64,000 nt of DNA from Chrysomallon squamiferum (lineage: Eukaryota; Animalia; Mollusca), in contig CM022678.1 in the NCBI GenBank assembly GCA_012295275.1, positions 16,492,001 through 16,556,000 on the forward strand, written 5' to 3'. Below, piece by piece: positions 55,267-64,000 of the stretch. The stretch's first letter is position 1. Each line of letters begins with the position of its first letter. The position numbers were made by a program, and so were the translations under genes. The notes under the pieces are model-generated. The model saw nothing but the letters and a program-made list of their open reading frames with translations, had not been told where the DNA came from and ran no database searches.

Positions 55267-57085
55267 AAGAAAGAAGGATAGATTAAATATGAGAGAGAGA
55301 GAGAGATAAAGACAGAAATAAAGAGAGAAGAAAGGGAGAAAGAGAGTAAGAGATCTAAACAGATAGTGAGACAGAGAGAGATAGACAGATGGACTGAAAA
55401 CAGATAGATAGTTACATACAAAAAAAAAAGATAGATTATAGAAAAATAAACATATATAGATTACAGATATAGATGGCGAACGATCTAGGGAAAGGATAAT
55501 AAGAGGGATCAATTATCAAAGAAACAGAAGGAAACAGAAAGCAATACTGAGAAAAACAAAGAGAGTATTTATAAAAATAAATTAAAAAAACCCCAGTAAA
55601 ACCCTTTACGGACAAGGTTACGAGTTCATACTTTTGAAATAAGAAACAGTCAAAAAACGACAAAGATAAACGTGACTTCACTTTCCTTGACTGAGAACTT
55701 TTCAGGTTGCGTTCAGGAAGGTTCTTTGACCCTGTTTTGCCATCAGCCATTTTTTCAGCGTCACAGTCAAATTACGATATAAAAATAACAGAAATCGAGA
55801 TTTATTATTATTATTATTTTTTTTTTGTTATTGTTCACAGAAATCTCGTTCGTTTGACTTGAAGCCATGGAAACGTTTAACAATGGCGTGACGACGTTTT
55901 TGACCTCGTTTCAGAACAAGTTTGACTCTCCCTCGCAGCGGACTTGTTAGACATCACACTTCTGTGTCAGTTTGAAATTAGCAGAGAGAATTGTTGTTGA
56001 TGGAAAAGTGTCAAAGTGGACAAGAATGACTGCAGGATAGCGATCTTTATTTATTTATTTTATTTTTTTTTTATATTTTTTGAAGTGAGAAGCAACACTG
56101 AATGACAAAGATAAAAAAAAATAAAAATAAATAAATAAACAAAATAAAATAAAACATAAATAAATAAATAAATAAATAAACAAAAATAAATTAAAAAATT
56201 AAAAATAATAAATAATAATAATAAATAAATAAATAATAAACAAAAATAAATATAAAAACAAATAAATAAATAAAAAAAAATAAAAATAAAAAATAAAAAT
56301 AAACCCCAAAAAATAAAATAAAATAAAATAAAAATAAATAAATAAAATAGTTTTTAAAAAATATACTGCCGACATTTCATTCACAGGATAAAAAAATATA
56401 TATATCAAATTAAATTACTCTTTCAATCTTGTGAGTCGTTCAGCAGTCATTTTGTCAGTTTGACGCATCGCCTTTGCTCGGTTTTTGGGATCGCTTCTCA
56501 CTGATGACGTAGTTGGGGATTATCTTTACAAGTTATTATTTTGTAAAATCTCAGCGAAAGCTGGTTACTCGATAGCTATAACTGTTACCCAGAGATTCTT
56601 AACCTTTCTGCTACACTACAACAACATGGCGTCGAACTACATATTATCGATAGTCTGCCGATAATTTAACCTTGCTTCCTGATTTTAATTTCTTTTACTT
56701 TTTTTCTTTTTTTTTAATTCTTTAAAGATCACGTTTAGCGAAATAATGTCTTTTCTACTTGTGAATAAAACTTATTATAACAGAAAATGTTTTATTTAAT
56801 TAGATTCCTTTTGATATGTTTTGGTTTTGAAACGTGACAACATGGTCCGATATCTTGGACAGTTGAATAAAGGGATGACAGCGTAATTTGTATTTTTTTA
56901 GAACATCGAGCCAACTGAAAAGTCTTTACATTAATCAGTATTGAAAAATATATCAGTTTTGGAAAGTATGCAAATTAATTTATATAATACAAGATAGCCC
57001 TTTCAATAGAAATGGTGATAACTATAGAGTTAGAAATTTCGATAAATGTTGGGATCCAGAAAGTAATTGAAAAATAATCGACAAT

Positions 57086-57122
<37 letters not shown>

Positions 57123-57702
57123 GAAATTTAACGATTAAATAAACTCTCGATGCTTTGGTATTGTATTGCGATCTAGAAACTAATCGGTAAATGATCGACA
57201 AATGAGTATTTTTTAATTTATTTTTTATCGGAAAATTTAACTATTAAAAGAACTCGCTCAAGCTTTGTTATGACGAGTAATAACACAACGCTGACTATTT
57301 ATTTGTAAAGTTGATTAAAATTCACAAAACTTAGTTCATCACATTGTATGTGACATTTAACACAGGCCCTATAAGCTTGTACTTGAAAAAAAACGAAGAA
57401 TCAGTTCGTCTTGGTGCGTCTACTGGGAAATTTCCCAATCTAGCTAGTGTTCTGTCAGACCTGCGTAATATGTTCTTTCTAATGTTAAAAGAATGACTCG
57501 TAACAGAGGTTGCTCGTTAGCTAATTCCTAAAATGATGATGGCCGTGGGATGCAGCAGCTGGTTTCATTTCTCACATCATGATTACACTAAAAGCGTCGT
57601 AATCAATACTACCACTCATTTACCAACCGTTATTCATTCGAGACTGCTCTGGCATCATTCTTCAACAACTGGTTATTCGCCATCCCAGCCAACTGTTAAG
57701 TA

Positions 57703-57842
<140 letters not shown>

Positions 57843-58254
57843 GTTAATATATCATCAAATGGTTGAACTTCAGTTCCAGGTTGCACGAAAATTAATCAGA
57901 GTGTTCCGATGTTGTTAAACAAATGTTTGGCTGGTGATAGAAATATGAAATACGTCCTAGTGGGATTATTAAATATTTATTGGCATCGAACAAACAGTGA
58001 TAGAGACTGAATGAATCAATGAATACTGTAGAGAGATATATCGTTGCTGACAGTGTTGTCTAACGTACAATGGTCGAGAATCAGATTAATCAATTCGATC
58101 GCTTTGTTGTTAAACCAGCATGTGATGATTATAAGTAAAACTAATTCACTGAGGTTTTTTTTGTTTTTTTTTTATCTTTGTATGTAACGAATATGTGTGT
58201 GTGTGTGTTCCATAAAATGCATATATGTATGTATGTGTTTGTATTCATTACCTT

Positions 58255-58960
58255 TCTTTGTATGTATGTGTGTGTATACATATATATGTATAATTATTTA
58301 TATGTGTATATATGTGTATATATGTGTAATATGTGTATGTATGTATGTATGTATGAATGTATGTATGTATGTATATGTGTGTGTATGTATGTATGTATGT
58401 ATGTATGTGTGTGTATGTATGAATGTATGTATGTATGTATGTGTATGTGTGTGTGTATGTATGTATGTATGTATGTGTATGTGTGTGTGTATGTATGTAT
58501 GTATGTATGTATGTGTATGTGTGTGTATGTATGTATGTATGTATGTATGTGTATGCGTGTGTGTATGTATGTATGTATGTATGTATGTATGTGTGTGTGT
58601 GTATGTATGTATGTATGTATGTGTATGTGTGTGTATGTATGAATGTATGTATGTGTATGTGTGTGTGTATGTATGAATGTATGTGTATGTGTGTGTGTAT
58701 GTATGTATGTATGCATGTATATATGTATGAATGTATGTATGTATGCATGTATATATGTATGAATGTATGTATGTATGTATGTGTGTGTATGTTTGTGTGT
58801 ATGTATGTATGTATGTGTGTATGTATGTATGTATGTGTGTATGTGTGTATGTGTGTATGTGTGTATGTGTGTATGTGTGTATGTATGTATGTATGTATGT
58901 ATGTATGTATGTATGTATGTATGTGTGTATGTGTGTATGTATGTATGTATGTGTGTATGT
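58255..58960. repeat. (TATG)n/(TG)n compound microsatellite
   Basis: Direct; source of the MYVC and HTYI ORFs. Confidence 0.95.
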
Positions 58961-59453
58961 ATTATTCTGTCTACACACTCCTGATTAGACTGAGGACACA
59001 GACACCACTTCATTTATTTTGCCTTTTCACATTCTTTTCTTTTTTTTTCTTATCTTCCCCCCGTCCCACCCGCGCTTTTCTCATCAAAACAGAACACATT
59101 AATAACTTCACGACTTCAAAAAAAAAAAAAAAAAAAAAAAAAGGCTGAGGGGGAAAAAGCTGTTATCGTTTAAACTCCGGCTTGTCGTTTCTTTCTGGAA
59201 GAATTCGGGTGGCGAAATGAAAAGCACTGAGACTCGGTTAAAGAAACAGCTCGACTGATGAGAAGAGTCGCATCCTCTCATTAGTTACCGTCTCTCGGGC
59301 TGCGCATTAATACATCACAGTAAACAGTCTGGTTGCCGCGAGGGAGTCATTTGGCGAGGGATTGGTGCGTTGCTACGTCATTTCCTGGTAAATATTTCCA
59401 CAGCGCGTTACAGGGTGTCAGTATTCTATTGGTTTGATGTAGTGTGTGTGAGA

Positions 59454-59523
<70 letters not shown>

Positions 59524-59619
59524 GTGTGTGTGTGTTTACATGAATCAAAAAGAATAATGATAGAGACATTATTATTGTCACGTCTGATGCTGTGATATTT
59601 TTGATACTGTATCTGTTAC

Positions 59620-59828
59620 GATACTGATACTACTAATATTACTATCACTACACTGATACTGATGATACTGTCATTAATACTGATACATCTAATAACACTA
59701 CTACTACTACTACTACTACTAACATTGCTACCTCTCCTACTATTCGTCCCGCTACTACAACTACAAACCACAGCAGTTATCAGTTGTATTACTATTACAA
59801 ATACTACTACTATTACTATTAGTACTTT

Positions 59829-59878
<50 letters not shown>

Positions 59879-59880
59879 TA

Positions 59881-59913
<33 letters not shown>

Positions 59914-59950
59914 ACAGCTACTCCTACTACCACTATTACTACTTCTACTC
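59620..59950. repeat. (CTA/CTG)n compound trinucleotide tract
   Basis: Direct. Confidence 0.9.
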
Positions 59951-60585
59951 TGATTAAAATCAAGGTTAAAAATAAATTATTTTTCTTTCACAAGAAATAA
60001 CTATTAGACAAATAAACATGCCAGTGTTGATGGCAGGACAAGACAAACATCATTACTGAAATTAATTATCACTGAACGAGCAGTAAAAAGAAAAACAAAA
60101 TTATACAAAATATCAATCACATACACACACAAAAAAAACATCCCTTTGCTCTCACCACGTTTTAATTAACAGAAGCTCGGATTCATTCACGTCTTCAGTG
60201 AAATGAGAGAATGACAACACAGTACAGTTTTAAAAACGTTTTCGTGTAGCTTACAAATGACGGCCACTTGGGAAAAACTTTGACCTTTGAATTATGACTT
60301 TGATGACGTTACGTCTGTTCACCAATGAGATTAAAATCATGATTGATTATTTCTTTTGCTTTCTTTCTTTCATTTAAAAAAAAAACAAAATAACAAAAAA
60401 AAAAACAAAAAAAAAAAAAAAAAGAACTCTCATTAGTTAAACAAATACTTTAACTAACAGTCCCTGGTATAACAACAACATGTTCAGGGGCCACACGAGA
60501 GAGAGATTAGTAATGAATAGTCTGAGTATTTCTGATTAGAATTACACGTAGACAACACTTCACTCGTTTTGTCCTTCATTCTTTT

Positions 60586-60637
<52 letters not shown>

Positions 60638-61148
60638 TTCTTTCATTCTTTCTATTTTTATTCTTATTTTATTTTATTTTATTTATTTATTTATTATTAC
60701 TTTCTTTTAATCGAAAAGCACGCAATAACTCACGACTTTAAAAACGAACGGTTTATCTGAAAAGCCCGATAAAGAAAGTTATTAACCTTAAAACATCGAT
60801 TGCCATTTACTGAAGGCTTTACTTTAAAGTAATTAACACTTTTAATGAATGATCATCACAGATCGCAAACAAATCATCAACTTATCATCTTCAAAATAGC
60901 AACTGACTACATTTTTTAAAGTAATCTTCTCTTCGCACCTGTACGTTTCTCTCTGTACGATATCACATCTTTAATAAACTTGACAAAAGTATTTCATATT
61001 AGACACCTTTGACCTGTATAATATAAATCAAAATGATCTAACTGGCCTTTTTAATTATAATTATTATTATAATTATTGTTATTGTCATTATCATTATCAT
61101 TACTACTACTACTTCTATTACTAACTACTATTGTTGTTGTTGTTGTTA

Positions 61149-61194
<46 letters not shown>

Positions 61195-61322
61195 ATCTTA
61201 AATAATTGATCGCTATAATACAAAATTAACAATAGGTAAGCTCCATCTTTAAAATTTTACATTTTTTGAAAAGTAATCGGCAATGCACACAAATAATAAT
61301 GATGATGATGATGATGATGATG

Positions 61323-61371
<49 letters not shown>

Positions 61372-61781
61372 AAACACTGCACCTTTAAATTTTCGTTCTG
61401 TTTGATATTACATCTTTAATAAATAGTCGCAACTGGATAAAAATAACACCTTCAAATGACAACAACGACATTATGCAATTCCGTTAATAATGAAACTCTA
61501 GCGTAGAAAGATAATTAATATTCCGCTGTAACCAGTCGAATTATGAAGCTGCACCACATTACACCTTTAATAAAAACCGTATCTGGACAAAAAAAAAAAA
61601 AAATCAGCAGACGAAATATCTCTCCCACGTGTTCCCTTAACATCAATTTCTTAATTTTATTGCAGAAAAAGCAGGACTGTGTTAACTCCCCTTTGGGAAA
61701 TCGCGCGGGAGAAAGAGCGCGATAAAGAAGGGAAGATAACTTTTTATTTGTAACTCGATTCGTACAGAAAACATGCACGCA

Positions 61782-61787
61782 AATAAT

Positions 61788-61885
<98 letters not shown>

Positions 61886-61974
61886 TGATAATGATGATAA
61901 TAATAATAATAATAACGATAATAATAAGAATAATAATAATAATGATAATAATAATGATAATAATGATAATGATG

Positions 61975-62024
<50 letters not shown>

Positions 62025-62040
62025 TACTATTACTACTATA
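61782..62040. repeat. (AAC/AAT/GAT)n compound microsatellite
   Basis: Direct. Confidence 0.95.
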
Positions 62041-62465
62041 GAAACTTCTGATATACAATAGTAAATAGTTTTTGCCCATTCCAATAACGGCTCAGAAACT
62101 GATTTTATCAGAAGGTGTGTACAGTATATTCTGTAAATGGAAAACACGTGTAAAAGAAATCTTTCTGCTGGCTGATTACCCTGATTCAGGATATGAACGC
62201 AACAGTTGTTTTCATATCATATATCTATATACATACATACATACAAACATACATACATACATACATACATACATACAAACATATATACATACATACAAAC
62301 ATACATATTTTAATGACATACAAACAAGGATGCATACATAAAAAAAAAAAAAACAAACAAAACATACAACAACATACATACAAACATATATACATCATAA
62401 AAATCATTCAAATGACAAGGATTCAGAAAAAAACAAAACAAACAAATCTCTCAACCTTATCTCAT

Positions 62466-62606
<141 letters not shown>

Positions 62607-62862
62607 CTCTCTCTCTCTCTCTGAATTTGATCATTCGTGATTATTATTTTTCTTTTTCAGTAAAATTTAATAACATTAAATGAGGATAAATTATTAGCGC
62701 AAAACAATTCTCCGTTGTATCCAAACACAAACAGACAGACAGACAAACACACAAACATACTGACACACAGACACCCCAGCACACATTCATACTCACAATA
62801 CGCATAACACATATACAAAAACAATGTAAGAAAAACATCAACAAGCATGTATATATTGTATA

Positions 62863-62918
<56 letters not shown>

Positions 62919-63480
62919 AATATACAGGACAGATTGATACAAATACACAGATATCAGAAAAATCAAATAGAAAATATGAACAAGAACAAGAAAAATAATC
63001 TTAAAATAAATAAACAACAGAAAATATGAATATCACGAGTGATTAATTTAACTAATAAAATAAGTAAATACAGTGGGAAAAAACAAATTGAAATAAAAAT
63101 TAAAAAATAAATAAAAATTAAAAAGAAAAATAAGATAAAAAGAAAATTTTCAAATAACAAACAGTTGTAATCGGATTACTTTAAGGATTTATGTATTTAG
63201 TTTAAAATTTATTTATTTATTTTTAAAAATTAATTTAACACAACGCACGAACTGGAGTTTTTGACTTAAAGTCCCTTTTTAAATAAATAAGCAAGCAAAC
63301 CACGAAAGAAGTAAATAGATAAGTAAGTAACTATATAAGTGTAAGTAAGTAACTAAGTAAGTAAGTAAGTAAGTAAATAAACAGAGGTTACTCTTTCCTG
63401 ATTGATAAAAAAAAGAAATCTTATATAAACCTTCTCGTTAAAAAATAAGGTATAAATTCCTTTTGGAACGTTTGCTGAAA

Positions 63481-63935
<455 letters not shown>

Positions 63936-64000
63936 TCCACTTTCAGTACCAGTGTAAAGTCAGATTCATCTATTAGATATGTTTTGTCAAGTTTCTAACA

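Overview
Eukaryotic, AT-rich and microsatellite-rich invertebrate DNA, most likely a mollusc (inferred from repeat types and GPCR class). I can support two convergent protein-coding genes. (1) On +, the 3' part of a KIAA0319/KIAA0319L (AAVR)-like gene, rebuilt by hand as 17 GT-AG exons with consistent phases (842-18829). It encodes the end of PKD1, PKD2-5, a Cys-rich EGF-like module, a TM helix and a cytoplasmic tail with YSLL; its 5' exons lie upstream of the window. Its transcript may run to about 27.2 kb, where CpG density appears to rise. (2) On -, an intronless-CDS class A GPCR of the FMRFamide/sex-peptide-receptor-like group (50724-49510). Almost all other ORFs in the track are microsatellite artefacts. 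The most unusual structure is a set of tandem arrays built from splice junctions of the KIAA0319L-like gene. The PKD2 exon 5663-5795 is preceded by 10 copies of its acceptor plus first 12 codons, most ending in a stop inside a branch-point consensus. It is followed by about 23 copies of its last codons plus donor, 8 of which form AG-[24 nt]-GT frame-preserving microexon candidates. Related arrays abut other exons. Whether any of this is functional cannot be decided without RNA data.
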